64,000 nt of DNA from an uncultured bacterium (GTDB lineage: Bacteria > Eisenbacteria > RBG-16-71-46 > CAIMUX01 > WJJG01). The stretch lies in NCBI GenBank assembly GCA_964417675.1, contig CAYQJL010000018.1, positions 16,760-80,759 on the forward strand, written 5' to 3'. Positions 36,339-46,862 of this stretch are shown here, piece by piece; position 1 is the stretch's first letter, and each line of letters starts with the position of its first letter. Both the position numbers and the translations under genes were made by a program. The notes under the pieces were generated by a model that ran no database searches, had not been told where the DNA came from, and was given only the letters and a program-made list of their open reading frames with translations.

Positions 36339-37898
36339 ATGGCAAAGATGGTCAAGAACGCCGTGGGACGTCTCGTACCGACCGAGGCCAACGGGAAGCA
36401 GCAAGTGCCCTTCCAGGGCGTGGGGCAGTACGATCCGCAGGGGCGCAAGGCGGCCCCTCCGCTGCGGGCCTGCCATCAATACGGACTCGACAAGCGCGTG
36501 CCCGATCTGAAGGCGGCCATCGAGAAGGTGGGGTTGCGCGACGGGATGACCGTCGGCATGCATCACCATATGCGCAACGGCGACATGGTGGCGGTGCCGT
36601 TCTTTGAGGCCGTTGCGGAGCTGGGCATCAAGGATATCGTCTTCATGCCCTCGGCCGCCTTCCCCTGCCACGAACCGCTGATCCAGCATCTCGAAAGCGG
36701 CGTCATCCATCACATCGAAGGATCGATGAACGGCCCGATCGGCAAGTTCGCCAGCGAGGGCCGCATGCGCGGCCTGGGCGTGCTGCGCTCGCACGGGGGC
36801 CGCTACCAGGCGATCCAGGATGGCGAGGTGCATGTCGATGTGGGGCTCATTCCGGCCCCGGCGGCCGACGTGCTGGGCAACGCCACCGGAGCCTACGGGC
36901 CTTCGGCGTGCGGCTCGCTGGGGTTCGCGCTCGCGGATTCCCAGTATGCGGACCAGGTCATAGTGGTGACCGATCATCTCGTCGAGGTCCCCTGCCTCCC
37001 GTGGGAGATCCAGGGCATGAACGTCGACGTGGTCGTCGAGATGGAGAAGATCGGCGACCCGAGCAAGATCGTATCGGGTACGACGCAGCTGACCAAGAGC
37101 CCGACCCGCCTGCTGATCGCCCAGTACGTGGCCGACTTCATCGAGGCGGCCGGCTACCTGGGCAAGCCGTTTCAGGCCGGCGCCGGCGGCATTTCGCTGG
37201 CCTCGCTGATCTTCATCGCCCAGCGGATGCGCGAGAAGGGCCTGCGAGCCCCCTTCGCCCGCGGCGGTTCGACCCAGGTGCTGGTCGATATGCTGAACGA
37301 GGGCTTGATCGGCGCGATCCTGGACGGTCAGACCTTCGACCTGGCCGGGGTCAAGTCGATCGGCGAGCATCCCCGTCACGTGCCCACCACGCCCTTCACG
37401 AGCTACAACTATCATGGCAAGGGCAACTGGGCACCCTACGTCTCGACCGCTGTCCTGGGAGCGACCGAGGTCGACATCAACTTCCAGGCCAACGTGGTAT
37501 CCCATTCCGATGGCTACCTGTTGCATGGGATCGGCGGATGGCAGAACACGCTGTTTGGGGAGTGCTCGATCCTGGCCTTCCCGCTCTTCCGGGGCCGCAT
37601 CCCGATCGTGATGAAGGAGGTCACGACTGTCTGCGCGCCGGGCGAGATGATCGGCGCCGTCATCACCGAGCGCGGCATCGCGGTCAATCCCAGGCACAAG
37701 AACGGCCCCGCGATCCTCGACCGACTCAAGGGCACGAAACTGCCCCTGACGACCATCGAGGAGCTCTACGAGATCGGCCAGCGGATGTGCGGCAGCCCGC
37801 AGCCGGCCGATATCGACCGCAACCATCCGATCGCCATCATCAAGTGGGTCGACGGCACGGTGATCGACACGGTGTATAAGGTGAACTATGCGCGATAG
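36339..37898 (+). CDS. citF: Citrate lyase alpha subunit / citrate CoA-transferase
   Basis: GLRDGMT...HHHMRNGD, LRSHGGR, CGSLGFA, FQAGAGG, LGATEVDINF..NV...SDG.L.HGIGG, DGTVIDTV. Confidence 0.93.
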   Translation: MAKMVKNAVGRLVPTEANGKQQVPFQGVGQYDPQGRKAAPPLRACHQYGLDKRVPDLKAAIEKVGLRDGMTVGMHHHMRNGDMVAVPFFEAVAELGIKDIVFMPSAAFPCHEPLIQHLESGVIHHIEGSMNGPIGKFASEGRMRGLGVLRSHGGRYQAIQDGEVHVDVGLIPAPAADVLGNATGAYGPSACGSLGFALADSQYADQVIVVTDHLVEVPCLPWEIQGMNVDVVVEMEKIGDPSKIVSGTTQLTKSPTRLLIAQYVADFIEAAGYLGKPFQAGAGGISLASLIFIAQRMREKGLRAPFARGGSTQVLVDMLNEGLIGAILDGQTFDLAGVKSIGEHPRHVPTTPFTSYNYHGKGNWAPYVSTAVLGATEVDINFQANVVSHSDGYLLHGIGGWQNTLFGECSILAFPLFRGRIPIVMKEVTTVCAPGEMIGAVITERGIAVNPRHKNGPAILDRLKGTKLPLTTIEELYEIGQRMCGSPQPADIDRNHPIAIIKWVDGTVIDTVYKVNYAR

Positions 37899-37975
37899 GA
37901 TGCTCCGGGCGCGCTGAGCCCCGCGAGCGCGGCAACGGCCCGAGCGGAGCACCCTCACAAAGGGAGAACCATCCC

Positions 37976-39115
37976 GTGCCACGGTTCGAACGATTCTGTT
38001 CCATGGTGGCTGACTGCCAGGCGGCGAGCAAGCCCTGGCAACGGGCCTTGGAGCGGGGCAGGCCGGGCCGAGACCTGCCGGGCCGAGACCTGCCGGGTCC
38101 GGGCAGCAGACAGGCTCGATCCCTTGACATCAGTATCCTGGGTGCAGGCTTCGCGCGCGCCGGCATCCTGGGTGCAGGCTTCGCCCGCGCCGGCATCCTG
38201 GGCGCGTGTCTGCTGGGTGCCTGTCTCGTGGGCGGGTGCGACCCCGATCAAGCCTCGGAGACGCCGCTCTCCTATGCAGACGAGATCGAAGCGTGGCACG
38301 CCGACCGGGTGGAGGCGTTGCGCTCCCCCACGGGATGGCTCTCCCTGATCGGGCTTCACCCGCTCGAGGCCGGCGCGCGGCGGGTTGGATCCGGTCCCCG
38401 GGCTGACATTCGACTGCCCGACCCTGCACCGGCGGAAGTGGGCATGTTCACCGTCGGCAAGGATCGGATCGCTTTCGCCGCCCATCCCTCCGCCAGGGTC
38501 GTGCTGTACGCCACCGACGACCTGGGCCGGGAAGCGACCCTTCCAACGCGTGGACTCCCCATCGTCACGGATGCGGGCGGCGACCCCACCGTTCTGGGTG
38601 TCGGTACCTTGCGCTTCCATGTCATCGAACGCGGCCGGGACCGGTTCGTGCGGGTCAAGGATACGGCCAGCAAACGGCTGGAGCAATTCGACGGCATCGA
38701 GCGCTTCCCCGTCGATGAGTCCTGGCGGATCCAGGCCCGGTTGGTTCCCGCCGCAGGCGGTCAAACCGTGTCGATCACCAATTCGGTGGGACAGATCCAC
38801 GAGTCCCCGACCCCTGGCCATCTGGAGTTCGAGGCGGCCGGCACCGCTTGCCGCCTGACGCCCACCGGATCCCCGGGCGAGGCCCTGTTCATCGCCTTTG
38901 GCGACGCCAGCAACGGCGACGAAACCTACGGCGGCGGGCGTTTTCTGTCCGCGGCGGCACCCGATTCGAGTGGCGTGGTGCTTCTCGATTTCAATCGCGC
39001 CACCAATCCACCCTGTGTCTTCACGCCCTTCGCCACCTGCCCCCTGCCGCCGGCCGAGAACGTGCTACCGATCGCCGTCCGGGCCGGTGAGAAAACCTGG
39101 GCAGCCGGGCACTAG
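37976..39115 (+). CDS. DUF1684 domain-containing lipoprotein
   Basis: GWLSLIGL, RVKD, FPVDESWRIQA, FGDASNGDETYGGGRFL, LDFNRATNPPCVFTPFATCPLPPAEN.LP..VRAGEK; lipobox LVGGC. Start uncertain because the N-terminus contains 15- and 30-bp duplications. Confidence 0.88.
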   Translation: MPRFERFCSMVADCQAASKPWQRALERGRPGRDLPGRDLPGPGSRQARSLDISILGAGFARAGILGAGFARAGILGACLLGACLVGGCDPDQASETPLSYADEIEAWHADRVEALRSPTGWLSLIGLHPLEAGARRVGSGPRADIRLPDPAPAEVGMFTVGKDRIAFAAHPSARVVLYATDDLGREATLPTRGLPIVTDAGGDPTVLGVGTLRFHVIERGRDRFVRVKDTASKRLEQFDGIERFPVDESWRIQARLVPAAGGQTVSITNSVGQIHESPTPGHLEFEAAGTACRLTPTGSPGEALFIAFGDASNGDETYGGGRFLSAAAPDSSGVVLLDFNRATNPPCVFTPFATCPLPPAENVLPIAVRAGEKTWAAGH

Positions 39116-39166
39116 GACGGGCACTAGGACGGGCACGAGGACGGGCACGAGGACGGGCACGAGGAC
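39107..39166 (+). repeat. 5 x 12-bp tandem repeat beginning at the DUF1684 stop codon
   Basis: GGGCACTAGGAC x2 then GGGCACGAGGAC x3. Confidence 0.9.
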
Positions 39167-39574
39167 CCGCCCGGCCACGAGGCACAGGGCTCGCCCAGCG
39201 ATCCCCAGGCCATACACGGTCTGCATGAAACAATATTGCAACGATCGTGCCCCGGGGCACGCCGCTAAATCATTTCCAATCAGTACGATAGCTACTGACA
39301 CCTTGCCAAGATGTCTCTCGTCTAGGCGAAGCAATTGCCACGTGGTCGGAGATTGCGGATCGAGTGCCGCCGTTGCCGTAGGCTCGGCTCGGCGGCTACA
39401 CTCCCCACAAATCTCGACGAATCCCCACGCATTCTGGCCGATCCTCATATGCTTCCTGTAGGCGCCGGTGAGTCCCCCTGGAAACTCATCACGTGCCGTC
39501 TCATGATCCTCATTGGCTGACGTCACACGCCCCCCCTTTCTTGTGTGCTCGCCCACTTCGAAAGGGGGCCGATC

Positions 39575-40312
39575 GTGCGCAACTTCCCGGTGTGGAGCCT
39601 GACCCTACTTCTCTGTTCCTGCATGGTGAGCCCCGAGGAGACCGGCATTACGCCTTCCGCGACCCCAGCCAGTGCCATCGACGCGGACAGCTCCACTCCA
39701 CCCACCGGACCCACGGGCGCCATTGGCACCAATAGCTCCACTCCACCCACCGGGCCCACGGGCGCCGTCGACACCACCCGAACCACGAACACGGTCAGCA
39801 CCCCTGGCTTCATCCCCCCTGCAGAAGGGGGGATGTCTCAAGAGGACCGGGATCCCACCGGATGGGTGATCGTGCCGGACAGCGAGGGGCCCCATGCACC
39901 AGAGCTCTACCCCCGGGAGACCTTCTCGTTGACCTACGTCGGAAGCGAGGGCGAGATCCAGGAGCTGGCGTTTCGGTGTTATGAGCGCCTGGCCTCACCG
40001 GGAATCTGCATCACGGCACACTGTGCCTACAACGGCCAGTCGGCCCTCTCCTGGGCCCGCTGGTGCGGCGCCGGGGAGACGGCGCTCCATACTCGCCCCG
40101 ACATCGTGGCGGCGGTGTTCGAGGCGCCACCGGTGCCGGTGTCCGCGCCGGCGGATCAGGGGCGGGGCGTGGTTTTGACCCCCAATCCCTACTGGCACGC
40201 CGATCTGATCCCGCCGGTCGTCTGCTTCACCGGCCATGGGATCAAGGAAACCGGCACCGGCTGGGTCATGGTCTTTGGCGCCGAACCGGCGGCCGATCCA
40301 AACCACAACTAG
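39575..40312 (+). CDS. Hypothetical lipoprotein with Ser/Thr/Pro-rich linker
   Basis: GTG start after AAAGGGGG; LTLLLCSC lipobox-like; 2 x 15-aa repeat SSTPPTGPTGA; Cys-containing C-terminal domain. Confidence 0.5.
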   Translation: MRNFPVWSLTLLLCSCMVSPEETGITPSATPASAIDADSSTPPTGPTGAIGTNSSTPPTGPTGAVDTTRTTNTVSTPGFIPPAEGGMSQEDRDPTGWVIVPDSEGPHAPELYPRETFSLTYVGSEGEIQELAFRCYERLASPGICITAHCAYNGQSALSWARWCGAGETALHTRPDIVAAVFEAPPVPVSAPADQGRGVVLTPNPYWHADLIPPVVCFTGHGIKETGTGWVMVFGAEPAADPNHN

Positions 40313-40362
40313 ATCCCGCCAATCCGAGCCATCGGTTGGGGTCACAGTTCCGCGAATTCCCC

Positions 40363-40390
40363 TTGACATATAACAATATATTGATATCTT
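40363..40390 (+). promoter_or_regulatory. Promoter overlapped by a 20-bp SahR-type palindromic operator
   Basis: TTGACA (40363-68), 16 bp, TATCTT (40385-90); imperfect palindrome ATATAACAATATATTGATAT (40368-40387) in an otherwise GC-rich region. Confidence 0.75.
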
Positions 40391-40396
40391 TATTTC

Positions 40397-41356
40397 ATGG
40401 TCGATGGTTTGCTTGACAGACTCAAGGCTCTGGCAGACCCGTTGCGCCTGAGAATAGTGGGAGTTCTTCTACAGCAAGAACTTGCAGTGACGGAACTGGC
40501 CGAGGTGCTCCAGATTTCCCAGCCGCGGGTCTCCCATCACCTCAAGGCGCTCAAGGACGCCGGGCTGATCTCGGTCCGCCGCGAGGGCAGCTGGACCTTC
40601 TGCTCGATGGTCTGCGATGATGGGGCGGCCGGAAGGCTGCTCTCGGCTTTGGAGCCCCAGGCCGGGGGGTTCGCTCCGGAACCGGAGGATCTCGGGCGTC
40701 TGGGCCAGGTCATCGCGCAGCGTCGACAACGGTCGAAGGCCTACTTCGAATCGGTGGCCGGTGCCTGGTCGCAGTATCAGGCGCGTTTCGCGGGCAACGG
40801 GCTACGCCATCAGGCGATGTCCTATTTGCTGCCCGAGGATCTGGTCGTGGCCGATATTGGATGTGGCAATGGGTTCATGGCCCAGGCCTTGTCGACCCGG
40901 GCCCGACGGGTCATCCTGATCGACCACTCACCGGCCATGTTGGATCAAGCGCGTGTGCAGCTCGGCGAGGTCAGGGACGTCGATCTCGATTTTCGCGTCG
41001 GTGAGATGGATCACCTCCCCCTCGCGGACGGGGAGGTGGATGCGGCCTTCGCAAACCTGGTTCTGCATCACGTTCCGGATCTGGCAATGACGCTGCGCGA
41101 GATGCGCCGGATCATCCGGCCCGAGGGCCAGTTGATCATTTCGGATTTGATGCCGCACAATCTGGAGTCGCTCCGCGAGGAGGAGGCGGATCTGCGCCTG
41201 GGCTTGCGGCCCGAGGAGTTGTCCGCCCGGCTCGAGCGCGCCGGCTTCGAGTGCGTGCGGCATGAACATGGTACCGACGCCCTGCGGGTCACCACCCGAG
41301 AGGGAGAGGAGAGCCTCCTCCCGCTGTTTGTGATGTGCGCTTGCCGGCGGCGTTGA
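40397..41356 (+). CDS. ArsR-family HTH + SAM-methyltransferase-fold regulator (SahR-like)
   Basis: [12 protein letters not shown]...ELAVTEL...[10 protein letters not shown]; [18 protein letters not shown]; directly upstream of ahcY. Confidence 0.88.
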   Translation: MVDGLLDRLKALADPLRLRIVGVLLQQELAVTELAEVLQISQPRVSHHLKALKDAGLISVRREGSWTFCSMVCDDGAAGRLLSALEPQAGGFAPEPEDLGRLGQVIAQRRQRSKAYFESVAGAWSQYQARFAGNGLRHQAMSYLLPEDLVVADIGCGNGFMAQALSTRARRVILIDHSPAMLDQARVQLGEVRDVDLDFRVGEMDHLPLADGEVDAAFANLVLHHVPDLAMTLREMRRIIRPEGQLIISDLMPHNLESLREEEADLRLGLRPEELSARLERAGFECVRHEHGTDALRVTTREGEESLLPLFVMCACRRR

Positions 41357-41439
41357 ACGATGGCAAAGATGGCCCCTCCGTGGGGCCGCAGCGAGCGGCC
41401 GAAAAGGGCGCCCAACCTGAACACAAGAACGAGGGAATC

Positions 41440-42876
41440 ATGGCTGAACGAACGCTTACCCACACGCTCCCCCACAAGGTCAAGGATCTTGGCTTGGCCG
41501 ACTGGGGCCGGAAGGAAATCGAGCTGGCCGAGGCCGAGATGCCCGGCCTGATGGCCGTGCGGGCCAAGTATGGCCCCGAGAAGCCCCTGGCCGGCCAACG
41601 GGTCACCGGGTCGCTCCACATGACGATCCAGACCGCCGTGCTGATCGAGACACTGATCGAGCTCGGCGCCGAGGTGCGCTGGGCCAGCTGCAACATCTTC
41701 TCGACCCAGGATCATGCCGCGGCGAGCATCGCCTGCCAAGGCCAGGCGGCCGTCTTCGCCTGGAAGGGTGAGTCGCTGGCCGAGTACTGGTGGTGCACCT
41801 ACCAGGCCCTCTCGTTTCCGGACGAACAGGGCCCGACCCTCATCGTCGATGACGGCGGCGACGCCACCCTCATGCTTCACTGGGGCTATGAGATCGAGCA
41901 ACACCACAAGAAGCACGGCACCTATCCGGAGTGGGACCTCGAAGGCGAGGACGCGCTGGAGCTCTTCAAGATCCTGACCGAGATCCACGCCGAGGATCCC
42001 GGGCACTGGACCCGTCTGATCCCGCACATCCTGGGTGTCTCCGAGGAAACCACCACCGGCGTGCACCGGCTCTATCAGCGTATGGAAGAAGGCAGCCTGC
42101 TCTTCCCCGCCTACAACGTCAACGATTCGGTCACCAAGTCGAAGTTCGACAACCTCTACGGCTGCCGCGAGTCGCTGGCCGACGGCATCAAGCGCGCCAC
42201 CGACATCATGGTGGCCGGCAAGGTGGTCGTCGTGTGTGGGTACGGTGATGTGGGCAAGGGTTGCGCGCAGTCGATGCGCGGATTCGGGGCGCGGGTTCTG
42301 ATCACCGAAATCGACCCGATATGCGCCCTGCAGGCGGCCATGGAGGGTTACGAGGTAGTCACGCTCGAGGACGCCCTGCCCGAGGGCGACATCTACGTCT
42401 CGGCCACCGGAAACTGCGAGGTCATCACCGCCGAGCACATGTCGCGCATGAAGGATCGCGCGATCGTTTGCAACATCGGGCACTTCGACAACGAGATCCA
42501 AGTGACCCAGATGCAGGCCTGGCCCGGCATCCGCCATCGAAACATCAAACCCGAGGTCGACGAGTATACCTTCCCGAGCGGATCCAGTATCATCCTGCTC
42601 GCGCAGGGCCGGCTGGTGAACCTCGGATGCGCCACGGGCCACGCCTCGTTTGTCATGAGCAGCTCCTTCACCAATCAATGCCTGGCCCAGATGGCACTGG
42701 CCAAGGACCGCCCGGCCATCGGCGTCTACACGCTCCCGAAGCATCTGGATGAGGAGGTTGCCCGTCTGCACATCGGACAGCTCGGCGTCAAACTGACACA
42801 GCTGACGGCCAAACAGGCCAGATACATCGGCGTTCCGATCGAGGGTCCGTACAAGCCGGAGTACTATCGGTATTAG
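41440..42876 (+). CDS. ahcY: Adenosylhomocysteinase
   Basis: [74 protein letters not shown]. Confidence 0.98.
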   Translation: MAERTLTHTLPHKVKDLGLADWGRKEIELAEAEMPGLMAVRAKYGPEKPLAGQRVTGSLHMTIQTAVLIETLIELGAEVRWASCNIFSTQDHAAASIACQGQAAVFAWKGESLAEYWWCTYQALSFPDEQGPTLIVDDGGDATLMLHWGYEIEQHHKKHGTYPEWDLEGEDALELFKILTEIHAEDPGHWTRLIPHILGVSEETTTGVHRLYQRMEEGSLLFPAYNVNDSVTKSKFDNLYGCRESLADGIKRATDIMVAGKVVVVCGYGDVGKGCAQSMRGFGARVLITEIDPICALQAAMEGYEVVTLEDALPEGDIYVSATGNCEVITAEHMSRMKDRAIVCNIGHFDNEIQVTQMQAWPGIRHRNIKPEVDEYTFPSGSSIILLAQGRLVNLGCATGHASFVMSSSFTNQCLAQMALAKDRPAIGVYTLPKHLDEEVARLHIGQLGVKLTQLTAKQARYIGVPIEGPYKPEYYRY

Positions 42877-42878
42877 TC

Positions 42879-42963
42879 GGCCCTGTGCCGGCAGCGCGCG
42901 GGCTCCGTGCCGAGAGCGCGTGGGCCCTGTGCCGGCAGCGCGCGGGCTCCGTGCCGAGAGCGC
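42879..42963. repeat. 2 x 44-bp direct duplication just after the ahcY stop
   Basis: GGCCCTGTGCCGGCAGCGCGCGGGCTCCGTGCCGAGAGCGC at 42879 and 42923. Confidence 0.85.
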
Positions 42964-43025
42964 ATCGGAATCGGACGGCCGTCCACCCGAATCGTATGGG
43001 GACCGGTCCGGGTGGACGAGGCGGT

Positions 43026-44339
43026 TCAGGCGCCGTAGCGCAGAAAGCGCGCACCCAGCAGGGTGAAGACCGTCGAGAAGAGCAGCAGAACCAAGCAGGG
43101 CACCACGACGGCCTCGATGCCCGCTCCGAAAGAGATGAGGGCGTGAAAGCCATCCATGGCCCATGCGGCCGGGGAGATGTGCCCGGCGGTGCGCATCCAG
43201 GACGGAACCACCTCCAGCGGCCACCAACAGCCGCCGACGGCACCCATGAAGAGCGAGGCCACCAGGGCAATGACCGTAGCTTGATCCGCGCTCCGCAGGA
43301 CCGCGCCCCAGAAGAGCGCCAACGAGGCAACCGTGAGAGCCAGGCACAGGATCACCAAGGCCAGGCCGAGCGGGCTGTTGCCCAGGTAGACGCCCAGAAG
43401 AAACCGGCCGGCCAGCAGCAAGATCACGGCCTGCCCCAGGGCCAGCAGCGTTCGGCCCAGGAGCTTCCCCACCAAGATGCCGCTCCGGGAGACCGCGTAG
43501 GTCGCGATGCGCGGCAGGATCCGATCCGCTTTCTCCTGGGTCAGGAACACCGCTCCATAGATAGCGGTGTTGACCATCATGAAGAGGGTGAGCGTGGCCG
43601 GGAAGCTCTGGCGCGTGCCGGAGGGAACCGGCCGCCCCCGGCCGGCCGTCTCGCTCTTGACCGCAACCCGGCTCGATTCGGCCGCCACCGAGGCATAGGC
43701 CGTCGCAAAGGCCTCATCGAAGAGCAGAGCCGGACCCTCGGATTCCTGCGACCGGAACAAGCTGCGCAGAAGCGATTCGATCGCCGCTGCCGGTGAGGTC
43801 TCAGCCGGCGCCACCCGCATCCCGGCCGGTGGACCCTGCGCCGCCCCCATCGCGCCACCCGGGCCTGGGATGGCCCGCGTCTCGTTGCGATGACTCTGCG
43901 CCTCGGCCAGATGCGCGATCATGCGAATGATCGCCCGCTGCAGATGCATCTCGGCGGCCAGCGAGGCTTCATCGCTGCTGTCGGGGCTCTTGTGCAGGCG
44001 CAGCGTGATACCGGCGCCGGTCGCCACGCTGTCCTGGAATCCGGCGGGGATGTGCAGGCTGCGCGGGAAGGTGGCGATCGTGTCGGGCTCGATGCTGAGC
44101 ATCCGCCGGACCACGAACCCCTCCTGTCCCAGGGACTGCGTGAAGGCCTCCGAAAGAAAGGTCTGATCCTCGTCGACCACCAGCAGATTGATCGTCACGC
44201 CCCTGCCGCCGCCGGAGCTCATCGCGCCGAAGGCGTAGATGAAGACCACCGGCATGACGATCATCCAGAAGACCACCGGCCGGTCCTTGATCGTCTGCCG
44301 AAGGTCCGTCAGGGCGATGGCGAACACACGGTGCAACAC
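43026..44339 (-). CDS. ABC-2 type transporter permease
   Basis: N-terminal TM, extracytoplasmic domain (VVDED...IPAGF), EK...RI, GKLL, GGCWWPLE..P.WM; GGAGG RBS before GTG. Confidence 0.88.
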   Translation of the reverse strand: MLHRVFAIALTDLRQTIKDRPVVFWMIVMPVVFIYAFGAMSSGGGRGVTINLLVVDEDQTFLSEAFTQSLGQEGFVVRRMLSIEPDTIATFPRSLHIPAGFQDSVATGAGITLRLHKSPDSSDEASLAAEMHLQRAIIRMIAHLAEAQSHRNETRAIPGPGGAMGAAQGPPAGMRVAPAETSPAAAIESLLRSLFRSQESEGPALLFDEAFATAYASVAAESSRVAVKSETAGRGRPVPSGTRQSFPATLTLFMMVNTAIYGAVFLTQEKADRILPRIATYAVSRSGILVGKLLGRTLLALGQAVILLLAGRFLLGVYLGNSPLGLALVILCLALTVASLALFWGAVLRSADQATVIALVASLFMGAVGGCWWPLEVVPSWMRTAGHISPAAWAMDGFHALISFGAGIEAVVVPCLVLLLFSTVFTLLGARFLRYGA

Positions 44340-44363
44340 AGCGAATCCTCCCCTTCGCACCTT

Positions 44364-45800
44364 CTAGGCGCCCTGCATCATGCGGCGCTGCAGCAGCCAA
44401 CTCCCGATCGCGGCCGACACGATTGCCGTTGCGCCCAAAATGAGGAGGGGCGTGGCGATCGCACTGACGCCTCCCTCGGTGAAGAGCAGCGTTTGGAAGC
44501 CCTTCAGTGACCAGTAGTTCACGGTCAGCGGCGCGATACTCTGCAGAAACCGCGGCAGCAAGTTGAGCGGAATCCAGGATCCTCCCAGGAAGGCCATCAC
44601 CATCACGAGGATCGAGGCGAAGGTCGCGCCCTGCTGCTCGGATCGGGCCACCCCATAGACCAGAGAAAAGATTCCGGTGGTCGCCGCCAGTAGCAGCACA
44701 CTCAGCAATGTGAAGGCCAGCAGGTCGGCCCGCGCCTTGAGCAACAGGCCGCCAATCAACGCCATTGCGGCCGTGACCAGCAGCCCCGTCAGAACCGTGG
44801 AGAGCATCTTGCCCCAGATGATGCTGGCGCTGCGCACCGGAAAGGTCATCTGGCGGGCCAGTGTGCCCATCGCCTTCTCGCGGGGAATGTCCGCCATGAA
44901 CCCGAGGGCCAGAATGGCCAGCGCGAAGGTCGCCATGCCCGGCAGCACTACCTTGAAGACGAGATAGAAGCCGGCGTTGGCATCGTCGTCTTCGTCCTCG
45001 TCTTCGTCCTCGTCTCCATCTCCCGGGGTCTGGGCTCCCGCATCCACCCCCGCCTGGCCGGGCGGGAGCAGGGGATCCTTGGTGGAGGCCAGCTGAATGA
45101 CCGGCGGGAAGACCAACCCATCGATCGAACGCAGACTGTGGTTGACGGCGACGGCGATCTGGGCCACGCGGGCATCGCTGGCAAACGCCTGCCAGGCCCG
45201 GCCCTCACCTTCGCCCGCGCCGCCCCCCGCGCTCGCGCCGCCCCCCGCGCTCGCGCCGTCTTCCGCGCTCGCGCCGTCTTCCGCACTCGCGATGAGTTCG
45301 TCCTGCGTCTCGCGCAGGATCTCGAGCGGGTGGCTGAGAACACTCACGGCGCCGTCGAGGAGTTCAGCGATCATGCGCGCCATCTCCTCCACGGCCATCG
45401 GGGCGATCGAACCGGCGGGGTTCTTGATCACGTGCAGCTCGGTGGGCCGACCCTCGAGAAGGTCGCGGCTGAATCCGGCCGGAATCACCAGAGCGCCGCC
45501 CACCTTGTCCTCGCGCAGGAGCCGGGCGGCTTGCGCCGAATCGGCCTCCACCGACTCGAAGTAGCGGCCGACCTGCTCCTGGTTGAACGCTCCCGCGATG
45601 AAGCCGCCGACCAAACCGCCATCCTCATTGACAAGGGCCACCTTGAACTTGGGCATGCCGCCGCCTCCGGCCATCCCACCGAAGGCCAGGGCCATGAGCC
45701 CCGAGAAGAGGAAGGGGAAGCACAGGTACACGATCGCCGCCAGAGGCGACCGCAGGCGCCGCAATAGGTCGTTGCGGGCAATGATCCATACAGCGCGCAT
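44364..45800 (-). CDS. ABC-2 type transporter permease
   Basis: IARNDL, VALVNEDGG, LVIPAGFS, EKAMGTLARQ, FLGGSWIPL. Confidence 0.88.
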   Translation of the reverse strand: MRAVWIIARNDLLRRLRSPLAAIVYLCFPFLFSGLMALAFGGMAGGGGMPKFKVALVNEDGGLVGGFIAGAFNQEQVGRYFESVEADSAQAARLLREDKVGGALVIPAGFSRDLLEGRPTELHVIKNPAGSIAPMAVEEMARMIAELLDGAVSVLSHPLEILRETQDELIASAEDGASAEDGASAGGGASAGGGAGEGEGRAWQAFASDARVAQIAVAVNHSLRSIDGLVFPPVIQLASTKDPLLPPGQAGVDAGAQTPGDGDEDEDEDEDDDANAGFYLVFKVVLPGMATFALAILALGFMADIPREKAMGTLARQMTFPVRSASIIWGKMLSTVLTGLLVTAAMALIGGLLLKARADLLAFTLLSVLLLAATTGIFSLVYGVARSEQQGATFASILVMVMAFLGGSWIPLNLLPRFLQSIAPLTVNYWSLKGFQTLLFTEGGVSAIATPLLILGATAIVSAAIGSWLLQRRMMQGA

Positions 45801-45860
45801 GAAAGGTCTCCACCGGCTCAACGCCGCGGACGGACAGAGGAACCCACAGGCCCCCGGCCA

Positions 45861-46802
45861 CTAGTCACGCAATTCCTTTCCGGTCAGCTTCAGAAAGACG
45901 CCCTGCAGGGAAGGCGGTTGGATCGAGATATCATCGATCGGCAGGTGCTGCTCGAGCAGCCTGCCGAGCAAGGTGGCCACCTCGCCGGAGGCGGCCCGGA
46001 CCGAGACCATGGCATACCCGTCCTCGAGCGCGATGACCTCGGCGCCGGTCTCCCGGCCGATCAGCGCGCCGGCATCCTTGGCCTCGAATCCCCCGCGCAG
46101 CGTGAGAATCTCCCCCTCGCCCACCATCTGCTTGAGCTGCGCAAGCGTTCCTTCCGCCAGAATCCGCCCCTGATCCATGATGCCGATCCGGTCGCAGAGC
46201 TCCTGCGCCTCTTCGAGGTAGTGCGTCGTGTAGAGCACGGCCGTGCCCGCCTGGGCGACCTCGCGAACGACATCCAGGATGTTCAGACGCGCCTGCACGT
46301 CGATCCCGACGGTCGGCTCATCGAGAAGCAGCAGGCGCGGTTGGTGGAGCATGCCGATCGCCAGGTTGAGGCGCCGCTTCATCCCGCCCGAGTACTTGCG
46401 GGTCGCCTCCCGACTGCGCTCGGCGAGTCCCGCGCCGGACAGGACCTGCTCGATCCGCTCGGCAAGCGTGGCTCCCTTCAGGCCGGCGAGGCGTCCCCAG
46501 AAGCTGAGATTCTCGCGGGCGGACAGGTCGCCGTAGATCGCGGCCTCCTGGGGAACCACCCCGATCATCTGTTTGAAGGCGAGGGGATCGGCGCCCAGGG
46601 CAACCCCCCCGAGCTCAATGCTACCGGCATCCGGCCGGAGCAGGCCGCAGGTGCAGGAGATCGTCGTGGTCTTGCCCGCTCCGTTGGGTCCGAGCAATCC
46701 ATAGATCTCGCCGGGGCGGACCTCGAAGGAGATGTCATCAACCGCCCGCGTCGATCCGTAAGACTTGGAGAGATTCGCAACCGACAGCATCTGCGCCACC
46801 AC
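45861..46802 (-). CDS. ABC transporter ATP-binding protein (DrrA/NodI-like)
   Basis: GPNGAGKTT, YSGGMKRR, LLLDEPTVGID, TTHY, FLKLTGKELRD. Confidence 0.95.
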   Translation of the reverse strand: MVAQMLSVANLSKSYGSTRAVDDISFEVRPGEIYGLLGPNGAGKTTTISCTCGLLRPDAGSIELGGVALGADPLAFKQMIGVVPQEAAIYGDLSARENLSFWGRLAGLKGATLAERIEQVLSGAGLAERSREATRKYSGGMKRRLNLAIGMLHQPRLLLLDEPTVGIDVQARLNILDVVREVAQAGTAVLYTTHYLEEAQELCDRIGIMDQGRILAEGTLAQLKQMVGEGEILTLRGGFEAKDAGALIGRETGAEVIALEDGYAMVSVRAASGEVATLLGRLLEQHLPIDDISIQPPSLQGVFLKLTGKELRD

Positions 46803-46862
46803 CTATGTTGAGTCCCATTCACGCCATGCGCCGAGGGACCATAGCAGCCGGATTCGCCCCCC

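Noticed and set aside
41357-41439. SAH or SAM riboswitch before ahcY
   Set aside because: The spacer is short and lacks recognisable consensus; the SahR-like operator already explains regulation.
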